This document shows positions 50,166-59,797 of a stretch of DNA of 64,000 bases, one piece after another. The stretch comes from Sulfurospirillum sp. (lineage in GTDB: Bacteria; Campylobacterota; Campylobacteria; Campylobacterales; Sulfurospirillaceae): the NCBI GenBank assembly GCA_045047115.1, contig JASFYR010000014.1:68101-132100 (forward strand), given 5' to 3'. The notes under the pieces are model-generated. The model ran no database searches. It saw only the letters and a program-made list of their open reading frames with translations, and was not told the origin of the DNA. The first letter of the stretch is position 1; every line of letters begins with the position of its first letter. A program made the position numbers and the translations under genes.

Positions 50166-50813
50166 GTGTTTTCAGATTTTATAGAACTTATCGGTGCTTT
50201 TGTTTTGGTTTTGGCAATTTTACAAATCACGAGTGATAGATTATATTTTTCGATTAAAATATATGCGATTCAGTCATTTTTTGTAGCTGTTTCAATCCTG
50301 AGTATAGGGATTTACAGCTCCTCTTTTGATTTGTACGTCAGCTCCTTTTTGACGCTTGTTATCAAAACATTTGTTATACCTTATGCACTTTTTAAGACGA
50401 TAGATGAGATGAAAATCAAAAGAGAGATAAAGGCATTTGTAAATATCACAAACTCTTTATTGATCATTTCGGCGATTATAATATTTACATTTTTACTTAC
50501 AAGATACATAAATATAGGTGGAAGCGTGATAGCAAAAGAGATATTTCCTATCTCATTATCTATCATCTTTATCGGTGCTTTTATCATGGTTTCAAGGCAA
50601 AAACCAATCACACAACTCATAGGGTTTTTGACTTTGGAAAACGGAATTATGCTAGTTGCAACTTCCGTGACTTACGGTATGCCGTTGATTGTGGAAATCG
50701 GTATATTTTTTGATGTTATCGTCGGCGCTACCATGGCTTCACTTATCATTCATCATATCAACCATGATATAGATGATATAGATGAAACCAGTGTTAGCGA
50801 TTTTAAGGAGTAA
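50166..50813 (+). CDS. hyfE: HyfE-like subunit, set 2
   Basis: QLIGFLTLENG, YGMPLIVEIGIFFD. Confidence 0.9.
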   Translation: MFSDFIELIGAFVLVLAILQITSDRLYFSIKIYAIQSFFVAVSILSIGIYSSSFDLYVSSFLTLVIKTFVIPYALFKTIDEMKIKREIKAFVNITNSLLIISAIIIFTFLLTRYINIGGSVIAKEIFPISLSIIFIGAFIMVSRQKPITQLIGFLTLENGIMLVATSVTYGMPLIVEIGIFFDVIVGATMASLIIHHINHDIDDIDETSVSDFKE

Positions 50814-50816
50814 GGT

Positions 50817-52271
50817 GTGGGATATATACTGGCAATTCAATTAATCTGGACAGCAATCTTAAAGTTTTTGCCATTAAGGTTTGTGTATATCGCACAAGTT
50901 TTTGTAAGTGGCATTATTTTTATAGGTAGTTTTAGCTATATTCCAAAAGTGATAAATCAAAAAATTATACTTGAAATCAAAGATTATTTTTTTCTTGATT
51001 CTTTAAATATTTTGATTTTAACCTCCTTACTGTTTCTTGTCTTTTGTATAGCTATTTACTCTATCGGGTATATGAAAACAGAACAAGAGCATGGTTTAAG
51101 TGTCGATAAAGTTAAAACCTTTTACATGTGGAAAAATTTATTTGTATTTTGCATGAGTGTAGTATTGCTTTCAAATAACTTTGGAATTGCTTGGATAGCG
51201 ATAGAAGGAACTACGCTTTCTACCACTTTTTTGATAGGATTTTATAATACCAAAGATGCAGTTAAAGCTTCGTGGCACTATATTATCATCTGTTCATTTG
51301 GTATAGCTTTGGGACTTTTTGGAGTAGTTACACTCTATTTTGCTACCTATCACGCTTTAGGCGAGGGAATGAATTCATTAAATTGGGTAAATATTATACA
51401 AATTTCTAAAAATCTAGACCCTGCACTTTTAAAGATATCTTTTGCTTTTTTTCTAGTAGGTTTTGGTACAAAAGCAGGACTTGCCCCTATGCACTCTTGG
51501 CTTCCTGATGCACATTCCCAAGCGCCGACTCCTATAAGCGCACTTATGAGTGGTGTTTTGCTCAGTTCTGCATTGTATGTTATTTTGAGACTCAAAGCTA
51601 TCGTTGATAGTGCTGGTTTAGTATATTTTACATCCAATCTTTTGCTTATTGTGGGTATGCTTTCTATCTTTGTAGCGGCCATTGCAATCATTGGACAAAA
51701 AGATTATAAAAGACTTTTGGCATTTTCATCGATGGAGCATATGGGACTTATGGCATTTGCCTTTGGCATAGGAAACAGGCTTGGGATTTTTGCAGGATTA
51801 TTGCACCTTATCAATCATGTTTTTGCAAAAGGATTGATGTTTTCTAGCGTAGGTTCGATTTTAGTGAATTTTCACACAAGGGAGATTTTTAAAATCAAAG
51901 GTTTATATAAAAGTATGCCTTTAACTGCTGTATTTATAACTTTAGGAGTTTTAGGAATTACAGGAATTCCGCCGTTTAATATCTTTGTGAGTGAATTTTT
52001 GATTTTAACTTCTGCATTAGATGCTCACATGTACTGGCAAGTTGCTGTAGTTTTACTGTTTTTAGTGATGATATTTGGTGGTTTTATCTATCTTTTTAGC
52101 TCCATGTTGATGGGGAAAAGCGATGAAAAGAAAAAAGAGGATTATAATATGTTGCTTCCGATGGCGATGCTTTTAGCTATGATGATTTATCTTGGTATCA
52201 CGATGCCTGAAAATATGAAAATCTTGCTAAATAATGCAGTAAATATTTTAAGTAACAAAGGAGTTCTTTGA
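50817..52271 (+). CDS. hyfF: HyfF-like subunit, set 2
   Basis: WIAIEGTTLST, GTKAGLAPMHSWLPDAHSQAP, SSMEH. Confidence 0.9.
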   Translation: MGYILAIQLIWTAILKFLPLRFVYIAQVFVSGIIFIGSFSYIPKVINQKIILEIKDYFFLDSLNILILTSLLFLVFCIAIYSIGYMKTEQEHGLSVDKVKTFYMWKNLFVFCMSVVLLSNNFGIAWIAIEGTTLSTTFLIGFYNTKDAVKASWHYIIICSFGIALGLFGVVTLYFATYHALGEGMNSLNWVNIIQISKNLDPALLKISFAFFLVGFGTKAGLAPMHSWLPDAHSQAPTPISALMSGVLLSSALYVILRLKAIVDSAGLVYFTSNLLLIVGMLSIFVAAIAIIGQKDYKRLLAFSSMEHMGLMAFAFGIGNRLGIFAGLLHLINHVFAKGLMFSSVGSILVNFHTREIFKIKGLYKSMPLTAVFITLGVLGITGIPPFNIFVSEFLILTSALDAHMYWQVAVVLLFLVMIFGGFIYLFSSMLMGKSDEKKKEDYNMLLPMAMLLAMMIYLGITMPENMKILLNNAVNILSNKGVL

Positions 52272-53797
52272 TGAAAGAGATATTTAACTCTATTCATTAT
52301 TTTTGTGATGAATTCAAAGAAGACGGGAATTTTGTAACTATAAAAACAAAACAGTTAAAATCTCTTTGCTTGTATCTCTTTAGGGATTTAGATTGTGACT
52401 TAAGCAGTGTCGTAGCACTCAAGAAAAAAGATGGATTTATCATAAAATATCTATATTCTTATCCTAAAAAAGATTATTTTTTCATCGTTGAGCAAGATGT
52501 ACAAGATGAATTTGAGAGTTTTACTGATAACATTCCTGCATTAAACTGGTTTGAGCGAGAGATATATGATTTGTTTGGATTAAAGCCATTAAATCATCCT
52601 GATTTTAGAGCATTATCTTTACATCCCGAAAACTATCCTATTGGTTTTCATCCTATGACAGAAGCAAAAAATGAAGATGAAAAATATGCTACTTATGAGT
52701 ATAAAGATATAAAAAGCGAAGGAGTATATACGATTCCTGTAGGTCCTATTCACGCAGGAGTCATAGAGCCTGGGCATTTTAGATTTGCGATGTCAGGAGA
52801 GCCGATACTTCAGCTGGAAATCAGGCATTTTTGGAAGCACAGAGGGATAGAAAAACTTTGTGAGAACAAAGAGGTAGATGAAGTTTTAAGAATTTCTCAA
52901 AAGATTTCAGGGGACAATGCCTTTTCACATGCTCTTAGTTTTGCCATGGCAGTTGAGAAGATTTGCGGTGTTGGCATTCCTGGTTTTGCCAAGTATTGCA
53001 GAGTTATTGGAGCTGAATTAGAGAGAATATCTTGTAATCTTTCTGATTTTGCAGGAGTTTTTCAAGATACAGGCTACTCTTTTGGAGCGAGTGGGATTAG
53101 TGCCTTAAAAGAGGATATCATGAGATTGATGAAACTTTTAAGTGGTGATAGATTTTTTAAGAATTTTATCATTATTGGCGGTGTCAGTAGAGATATAACT
53201 CCACATGTAAAAGAGATTATAAGCACTATCAAACAAGTTAATGCTACATTTGATAAGTATAAAAAGATTATGGAGAACTCTTCTAGCATACTGGAAAGAC
53301 TCGAAACTACAGGAAAAATTCAAAATAAAACAGTCAAAGACCTTTCTTGTGTTGGATTTACGGCAAGTGCAAGCGGGAGATTTAGTGATTTTAGGAAAAC
53401 TCATCCCTATCTTGTATACGGTAAGCTGGATTTTGAAACTCTGGTTTTAGACGAAGGTGATGTGAGTGCAAGGGTGCAAGTAAAATTGAGCGATATAAAA
53501 AATAGTTTTGAGATTATAAAAATATGCACAAACTATATCTCTCAAGTAGATAACCCACAGTTAAAAGTAAAGTATGAGATAAAAGATGGTGAAGAGTTTG
53601 GATATGCACAAAGTAATCGTGGAAACATAGTGCATTTTGTAAAGATAAAAGATAAAAAAGTAGTAAGATTTAAACCAAGAGATCCTAGTTTTATGAATTG
53701 GCAAAGTATCCAATTTGCAGTTCTAGGCGATGTTATAGGGGATTTTCCTTTGGTAAATAAGAGTTTAAACCTTAGCTACGCGGGGAATGATTTATGA
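52268..53797 (+). CDS. hyfG: HyfG/NuoCD-like large subunit lacking NiFe ligands, set 2
   Basis: WFEREIYDLFG, GPIHAGVIEPGHF; L1 = KISGDNA, C-terminus FPLVNKSLNLSYAGNDL. Confidence 0.88.
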   Translation: MMKEIFNSIHYFCDEFKEDGNFVTIKTKQLKSLCLYLFRDLDCDLSSVVALKKKDGFIIKYLYSYPKKDYFFIVEQDVQDEFESFTDNIPALNWFEREIYDLFGLKPLNHPDFRALSLHPENYPIGFHPMTEAKNEDEKYATYEYKDIKSEGVYTIPVGPIHAGVIEPGHFRFAMSGEPILQLEIRHFWKHRGIEKLCENKEVDEVLRISQKISGDNAFSHALSFAMAVEKICGVGIPGFAKYCRVIGAELERISCNLSDFAGVFQDTGYSFGASGISALKEDIMRLMKLLSGDRFFKNFIIIGGVSRDITPHVKEIISTIKQVNATFDKYKKIMENSSSILERLETTGKIQNKTVKDLSCVGFTASASGRFSDFRKTHPYLVYGKLDFETLVLDEGDVSARVQVKLSDIKNSFEIIKICTNYISQVDNPQLKVKYEIKDGEEFGYAQSNRGNIVHFVKIKDKKVVRFKPRDPSFMNWQSIQFAVLGDVIGDFPLVNKSLNLSYAGNDL

Positions 53798-54306
53798 TAG
53801 ATTTGATTAAGATGAGATTTCGCGATAAGCTTCTTAGCGAAAAGTTAGAATTAAAAGATGAAAATGTAGAGATTTTAGGCTTAAAACTAAAGCAAAGAGT
53901 AGATAAAATTTTCAAAAGAAGTTTTTCTATAAGAGAAGTAGATACGGGCAGTTGCAATGCTTGCGAAGTTGAGATAAATGCTCTTTCAAATCCTTACTAT
54001 AATCTGGAGAGATTTGGTATATCATTTGTGCCTTCACCAAAATTTGCGGATGCCTTGATGATAACAGGGGCGCTGAGTAAAAATATGTATAAAGCTTTGA
54101 TGAATGCATATGAATTAACTCCAAATCCAAAGTTTATAATAGCCGTTGGAGATTGCACGATGGATGGTGGAGATTTCAAAGACACTTACGCCTGTATGGG
54201 CGGTATAAAAGATAAATTGCCAATAGATTTATGGATAAAAGGATGTCCGCCTGAACCTATTGATTTGATTAGTGGATTATTAAAACTATTGGAGAAAAAA
54301 AGATGA
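53794..54306 (+). CDS. hyfI: HyfI/NuoB-like [4Fe-4S] small subunit (copy a)
   Basis: GSCNACE, GDC, GCPP. Confidence 0.9.
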   Translation: MIDLIKMRFRDKLLSEKLELKDENVEILGLKLKQRVDKIFKRSFSIREVDTGSCNACEVEINALSNPYYNLERFGISFVPSPKFADALMITGALSKNMYKALMNAYELTPNPKFIIAVGDCTMDGGDFKDTYACMGGIKDKLPIDLWIKGCPPEPIDLISGLLKLLEKKR

Positions 54307-54812
54307 TAAAATTTTGGCAAAAAAGAGTTGAGTCTAAGGTTTCAACTCAAAATTTGGAATTTGATAGTGAAATTGAACATATAAGAAAAGAGTTAAAAAA
54401 TAAAATCAATAAGAAGTTTGCAAGAAGCCTTAGTATCAGAATGGTAAGTAGCGGGAGTTGTAACGCCTGTGAAGCGGAGTGTAATGCGCTTTCAAATCCC
54501 TACTATGATTTAGAGAGACTTGGTATTCATTTTGTAGCAAGTCCAAGACATGCTGATGTGATGCTTTTAAGCGGCGTAGTGTCGATAAATATGTATCATC
54601 ATGTACTAGATGCTTATCATCAAATGCCTCAACCCTCATATATCATCACTTTAGGTGATTGTCCTATTTTGGATGGAGTATTTAAAAAAAGTTTTGCTAT
54701 AAAAGGAGTGAAATCCTTAGAGTTGCCTATAGCATACCATATACAAGGTTGTCCCCCTGAGCCAAAAGAGATAATCAGCGGACTGTTGGAGTTTTTAAAG
54801 ACTTTGGACTAG
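54303..54812 (+). CDS. hyfI: HyfI/NuoB-like [4Fe-4S] small subunit (copy b)
   Basis: GSCNACE, ASPRHAD, GDC, GCPP. Confidence 0.9.
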   Translation: MIKFWQKRVESKVSTQNLEFDSEIEHIRKELKNKINKKFARSLSIRMVSSGSCNACEAECNALSNPYYDLERLGIHFVASPRHADVMLLSGVVSINMYHHVLDAYHQMPQPSYIITLGDCPILDGVFKKSFAIKGVKSLELPIAYHIQGCPPEPKEIISGLLEFLKTLD

Positions 54813-55636
54813 AGTATCTTATGTAGAGTAGTCGCATTTCCCATCCATTTTTCCAACTCTTCCCAGTTTTCTTCTTTTACTATCTTTTTGCATTTGTTTA
54901 GTTCGTTTTCAAAGAGCTCTATTGAATGTAGAAGATTTTTTTTATTTTGCTTAAAGATATCTGTCCACATAAGAGGTGAACTTTTTGCGATTCTGCTCAT
55001 ATCTTTAAAACCACCACCTGCAAGTAAAAGTATGCTTTTTGGCTCTTCTTCGCCCATAACACTGTTCGCTAAGGCATAGCTGAGTGCGTGAGGTAGATGA
55101 GAGATAAAAGAGGCATGTTTATCATGCTCAACCGCATCCATAAAGACTATCTTCATGCCGATATGAGAAAATACCTGTATAGCTCTGTTTTTATGCTCAT
55201 CCCCACTTTGGGACATATTACATAAAACAACTACGCTGTCATGATATAAGTCCTCTATTGCAGCGCTTGGGCCAAATTTTTCAGTTCCAGTCATCGGGTG
55301 GGCAGCTATAAAGTTTGATCTTATCTCTTTTGGTACACTTTTTATGATTTTCTCTTTTGTGCTTCCAAGATCAATTATGGTTGTGTTTTTTGGTATATCT
55401 TTAAGATTCTGAAGTACGCTTATGATAGCTTCAACAGGAATTGCTAAGAAAATCATGTCGCATTTTTTGATTTCAGAAAATTTTACTATCTCATCTACAA
55501 GCCCCAGCTTGAGTGCTTCTTCGCAGTGTGAAAGATTGTGATCAAATCCACAGGTTTTAGATACAAGTTTTATATGTTTAAGTGCAAGCCCCAATGAACC
55601 ACCCATAAGACCGAGTCCGATAATACCAATTTTCAT
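54809..55636 (-). CDS. tyrA: Prephenate dehydrogenase
   Basis: GLGLMGGS, DLGSTK, HPMTG, SHLPH. Confidence 0.95.
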   Translation of the reverse strand: MKIGIIGLGLMGGSLGLALKHIKLVSKTCGFDHNLSHCEEALKLGLVDEIVKFSEIKKCDMIFLAIPVEAIISVLQNLKDIPKNTTIIDLGSTKEKIIKSVPKEIRSNFIAAHPMTGTEKFGPSAAIEDLYHDSVVVLCNMSQSGDEHKNRAIQVFSHIGMKIVFMDAVEHDKHASFISHLPHALSYALANSVMGEEEPKSILLLAGGGFKDMSRIAKSSPLMWTDIFKQNKKNLLHSIELFENELNKCKKIVKEENWEELEKWMGNATTLHKIL

Positions 55637-55723
55637 ATGTGTTACCTTTAACGAATAATTAATTCCAAAAATGGTATTATATCTTTTTTTTATGACAAAG
55701 AAATATTAAATTAGGGTTTTTAA

Positions 55724-57934
55724 ATGAATAAAATATTATTTTCAGGATTAGTGCTAGCTTCCTCTCTTTATGCAATTACGATAAAGCAGATAAAATTTGA
55801 TGGTTTAATTCATCTCTCGCCAAGTATTGCAAAAGAGATTATGAATCTTCATGTTGGAGATGCTCTTAGCATTGAAGTTGTTGACAAAGGCATACAAAGT
55901 TTATATAAACAAAAGTTTTTCAAAGATATTTCAGTAAGTGAAGAAAATGGTATTTTAACTGTTTTTGTTGTGGAAAAACCGGTTATTGCAAATATAGACA
56001 TTGCGGGTGTTGGCGATAATGATAAAAAAGCTCTAAAAGATGTGATAGCGGTAAAAAAAGGTGAGATCTATGATAAAAGCAAGGTTGAATTTGCAAAAAA
56101 ACGAATAGAAAAATATTATGAAGGCAAGGGTTACTTTAACACCGTAGTAGAGGATAGTATCAAAAAGCTGAATAAAAACTCTCTTGCTCTTGATTTAATA
56201 ATAAACAGAGGCGAAAAGATAGTTATAGAAAAAGTTAAACTGTGTGGTGCAAAAAAGTTTAATTATAGTGATATAAGATCTTCTGTAGCAAATAGACAAA
56301 AAGAGTTTTTATCCTGGATGTGGGGATTTGATGATGGAGAGGTCAAGCTTGGTGACTTGCCATATGATCCGGCAAGAATCAGAGACTACTATCTTCGACA
56401 TGGGTATTTGGATGTAAAAGTAAGCAATCCTTTTTTAAAAGCTTATATGGATAGCTACTCCGCTGATCTTACATACAGTATAAGCGAGGGAGAGCAATAT
56501 AAAGTGAAAAAAGTAGATATCATAGCTCCAAAAGGTTTGCTGGATGTCAAAAAAGTTCTCTCCAATCTTCGTCTTCAGCCAGGACAGATGTTTAGTTCTA
56601 AAAGATTAAGAAAAGATATAGCGAGCATTCAAGACGATGTAGCAGACTTGGGATATGCATATGTCAGGGTAAATCCGGATGTGAAAACGCACAAAAAGAA
56701 ACATAACGCTGATATAATATTTATAGTAAATCCCGGTCAAAAAGTCTATATTAACAATGTGATAATTTCAGGCAATACTAAAACAATCGATAGAGTTGTC
56801 AGAAGAGAAGTATATCTGGCGCCGGGAGATTTGTATAACAGGACAGATTTAAAAGATTCCAGGAGTGCTCTGAAGCGTACAGGATATTTTGAAGATGCAA
56901 ATATAAAAGAAGTCAGAGTCGGTGAAAACAAGATAAATTTGTTAGTAACAGTAAAAGAGGCAAGAACAGCATCTATTGGTGGTGGAATAGGATATGGCTC
57001 ATCAGACGGTATATTGCTTAGCGCAAATCTCTCTGATGGAAATATCTTTGGTTCAGGCATAAAAGCCACATTCAATATTGATAGATCAAATTCTAAATTA
57101 AGTGGAAAAATATCTTTAACAAATCCTAGAGTTTTTGATTCAATCTATAGTTTATCGGGGAGTATATACAGGTCGCATTATAATTATAGTACATATGACC
57201 AAGATACGGCAGGTTTTAATATTAGTGTTGGTAGGAAATTTGGCAGATTTTGGAGAGGTTCTGTCGGATATACACTTGAGAGCTCAAAATTAAGCAATCT
57301 CTCTTCGACTTTAAACCCTAGTCTGTATACAACTAATACAACCATAAAGAGTGCAATAACACCGGGAATTTCATTTAATAATACAGATGACTACTATTTG
57401 CCAAGAAGAGGTATGGATACATCACTTAGCGTAGAGTATGCTGGTATCGGTGGCGATGAGAAATTTGTGAGTACAAGGGGTAAGTTTGCGTATTTTTATG
57501 GTCTTGAAGATAAGATTGATTATGATTTGATTTTGAGATATAGAGCAAGTTTTCGCTACATAATCGATAATGGTTACCTTCCTATTGGTGAGAAAGTTTA
57601 TATGGGTGGTGTTGGTACAGTCAGAGGATATGCTTCAAGGTCTATCTCGCCTAAAAACAGTAGTGGTGATTTGTTAGGTGGGAAGATGATGCTGGCAAAT
57701 AGCATAGAAGCAAGTTTCCCGCTTATAGAGCGTTTGAAATTAAGAGGTGCTCTATTTTTGGACTATGGTATGACAGGCGAAAACAGTCTTGATATAAAGA
57801 GAGCCGGTACAGGCTTATCCCTGGAATGGGTTTCACCTATGGGACCTATAAATCTCATATTTGCATCCCCATTACTACAAAAGGCAGGAGACAGTACATC
57901 ATCATTTGAATTTACCATGGGAAGACAGTTCTAG
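55724..57934 (+). CDS. bamA: Outer membrane protein assembly factor BamA
   Basis: Signal peptide, POTRA repeats, VRGY motif, C-terminal F. Confidence 0.96.
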   Translation: MNKILFSGLVLASSLYAITIKQIKFDGLIHLSPSIAKEIMNLHVGDALSIEVVDKGIQSLYKQKFFKDISVSEENGILTVFVVEKPVIANIDIAGVGDNDKKALKDVIAVKKGEIYDKSKVEFAKKRIEKYYEGKGYFNTVVEDSIKKLNKNSLALDLIINRGEKIVIEKVKLCGAKKFNYSDIRSSVANRQKEFLSWMWGFDDGEVKLGDLPYDPARIRDYYLRHGYLDVKVSNPFLKAYMDSYSADLTYSISEGEQYKVKKVDIIAPKGLLDVKKVLSNLRLQPGQMFSSKRLRKDIASIQDDVADLGYAYVRVNPDVKTHKKKHNADIIFIVNPGQKVYINNVIISGNTKTIDRVVRREVYLAPGDLYNRTDLKDSRSALKRTGYFEDANIKEVRVGENKINLLVTVKEARTASIGGGIGYGSSDGILLSANLSDGNIFGSGIKATFNIDRSNSKLSGKISLTNPRVFDSIYSLSGSIYRSHYNYSTYDQDTAGFNISVGRKFGRFWRGSVGYTLESSKLSNLSSTLNPSLYTTNTTIKSAITPGISFNNTDDYYLPRRGMDTSLSVEYAGIGGDEKFVSTRGKFAYFYGLEDKIDYDLILRYRASFRYIIDNGYLPIGEKVYMGGVGTVRGYASRSISPKNSSGDLLGGKMMLANSIEASFPLIERLKLRGALFLDYGMTGENSLDIKRAGTGLSLEWVSPMGPINLIFASPLLQKAGDSTSSFEFTMGRQF

Positions 57935-57954
57935 AGGATTAATCCTCTAGAACT
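57927..57954. terminator. Perfect 28-bp palindrome at the convergent bamA/ppx ends
   Basis: agttctagaggattaatcctctagaact, containing both stop codons. Confidence 0.7.
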
Positions 57955-59408
57955 ATAGCAAAAGAGGCTGGTTTGGCAAGTTTTTTTATACACTCTTTTG
58001 CTAGATACAGTTTTTTATTTGATTTTATATGTAGCGTATGATTTAAATATTTGAAAGAAAATTTATCATCCGCCAAGTCTCTGTGCAGACAATTTGAAAG
58101 AGAGAGGATAAAACTGAGCCAGTTGACAATTTTAATATCCGGCAGCAAATCCTTGTAAGCTTTCAAATCATTATCCGAAGGAAGTTTTTTCATATGGTAT
58201 TTTATCAGTAGAGCTATTAAGATTTTTTCTCTGTGAGAGAAGCCATAATTTAATCCGTTTATTATAAAATAAAAACTATGTAAGTTTTTTTCATAATAAT
58301 TCAGCTCTACTCCTATATTGTATAATTTTGCAGAATTTGTGAGTATATTTAAGTATTTTTCGTCTATTTGATGAATATAGTCAAGCGTATAAAACAACTC
58401 TTTTGTATATCTGACGATTGAGCTGTTTTGCCTATCTTTTAGACCAAATCTGTCAACTAGACTTCTTAGGCCGAGTTTGTAATTTTTAGGGAAGCTGTGG
58501 TTATGGTTTCTAAGTAAATCACACAGATATACTCCTTCTCTTACACCAACTCCCGCAGTAATTATATCTGTGGTTTTTAGTTTTTTGCTTATTTCATCAA
58601 AGATATACATACCTTCTCTGATTGTGTCGATTCTATCTCTTTTAATATTAAGTTTTTTTAAATTCAGTGTGTCCGACTTCTTGATATTCCGTATAAGATC
58701 TACATAATTTTCGAGTTTATATTCAAAACCATGTACAGATTCCAAAGGGTAAGATATGCTTTTCATAATCAATTCGGACAATGATCTGGTAGTTCCACCA
58801 ATTACAATCAAAGTGCTGTTTTTAAAGTTTTGTGGTATTTGGCTGATCTCTTTGGATATATAGTCCGTAATATCATCGCTACTGGCATTTTTGTCTAAAA
58901 AAAGTTCTTTTAATCTCACTGTGCCTACATCTATAGATATTGTATCAGTAATTTTTCCATTTTTTATAACGCAAAGCTCAGTTGAGCCACCACCTATATC
59001 AACAGTGGTTGCATTTCTCACAGGTTTGAGTAAATTTTTTGCTGCAATTCCACCATAATATGCTTCTTTTAAACCATCTATAATTTTTATATTGATGTCC
59101 AAGTCAAGTTTTATCTTTTTTATAAAACTTTTTGAGTTGGGAGCATCTCTAAGAGCTGAAGTGGCTACACAAAAGACTTTATGACATTTCAGTGTTTTGA
59201 TGATATTTTTATAGCCAACAAGCGTATCAAATGTTCTTTGAAGAGGTATATCTTGGAGGTTACCACCGTTTTCATAAGCTCCCTCTCCAATGCGTACCCT
59301 GCTTTTTATCTCTTTTATAAGGTGAAATGCCAAGTGACTGGTTCTTTCAAAAACAACCATTCTGGCTGAGTTTGAGCCTATGTCAATGACGGCAGTTCGT
59401 TTTGCCAT
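57939..59408 (-). CDS. ppx: Ppx/GppA phosphatase
   Basis: IDIGSNS, ATSALRDA, DIGGGSTE, GVREG. Confidence 0.94.
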   Translation of the reverse strand: MAKRTAVIDIGSNSARMVVFERTSHLAFHLIKEIKSRVRIGEGAYENGGNLQDIPLQRTFDTLVGYKNIIKTLKCHKVFCVATSALRDAPNSKSFIKKIKLDLDINIKIIDGLKEAYYGGIAAKNLLKPVRNATTVDIGGGSTELCVIKNGKITDTISIDVGTVRLKELFLDKNASSDDITDYISKEISQIPQNFKNSTLIVIGGTTRSLSELIMKSISYPLESVHGFEYKLENYVDLIRNIKKSDTLNLKKLNIKRDRIDTIREGMYIFDEISKKLKTTDIITAGVGVREGVYLCDLLRNHNHSFPKNYKLGLRSLVDRFGLKDRQNSSIVRYTKELFYTLDYIHQIDEKYLNILTNSAKLYNIGVELNYYEKNLHSFYFIINGLNYGFSHREKILIALLIKYHMKKLPSDNDLKAYKDLLPDIKIVNWLSFILSLSNCLHRDLADDKFSFKYLNHTLHIKSNKKLYLAKECIKKLAKPASFAIVLED

Positions 59409-59659
59409 TACTCTTCACTGGTTAATTGTTTAAATTTTAGTTTCAACTCTTCCATGCTCTCTATATTATCTCTATCTGGTACTATGCAGTCAACAGGACA
59501 AACCGATATACAAGCCGGTTCATCATAGTGTCCGACACATTCAGTGCATATATCGGGATCAATTATGTATATTGGGTCTGACTCTTCGATAGCACAATTT
59601 GGACACTCATCTCTGCAAGCATCGCAAGCTATACATTCATCTGTTATTAGTAGTGACAT
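59408..59659 (-). CDS. YfhL-family 2[4Fe-4S] ferredoxin
   Basis: CIACDACRDECP, CTECVGHYDEPACISVCP. Confidence 0.93.
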   Translation of the reverse strand: MSLLITDECIACDACRDECPNCAIEESDPIYIIDPDICTECVGHYDEPACISVCPVDCIVPDRDNIESMEELKLKFKQLTSEE

Positions 59660-59685
59660 TTTAAATTTCCTTAATTTCTTGTTTG

Positions 59686-59719
59686 GACAACTTGTAAAAC
59701 AATTGTTTTACAAGTTGTC
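59686..59719. repeat. Perfect 34-bp palindrome
   Basis: gacaacttgtaaaacaattgttttacaagttgtc. Confidence 0.9.
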
Positions 59720-59797
59720 TTTTTTAAAATAGTTAGAGAGATTTATACAGTAAGTTTACTTTAAAAAAATTTAAAAAATCAATTTTTTGTAATTTTT

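Noticed and set aside
45854..54812. Functional NiFe hydrogenase-4 / formate hydrogenlyase
   Set aside because: Both large subunits lack the CxxC ligands, and no fdh or hyp genes are nearby
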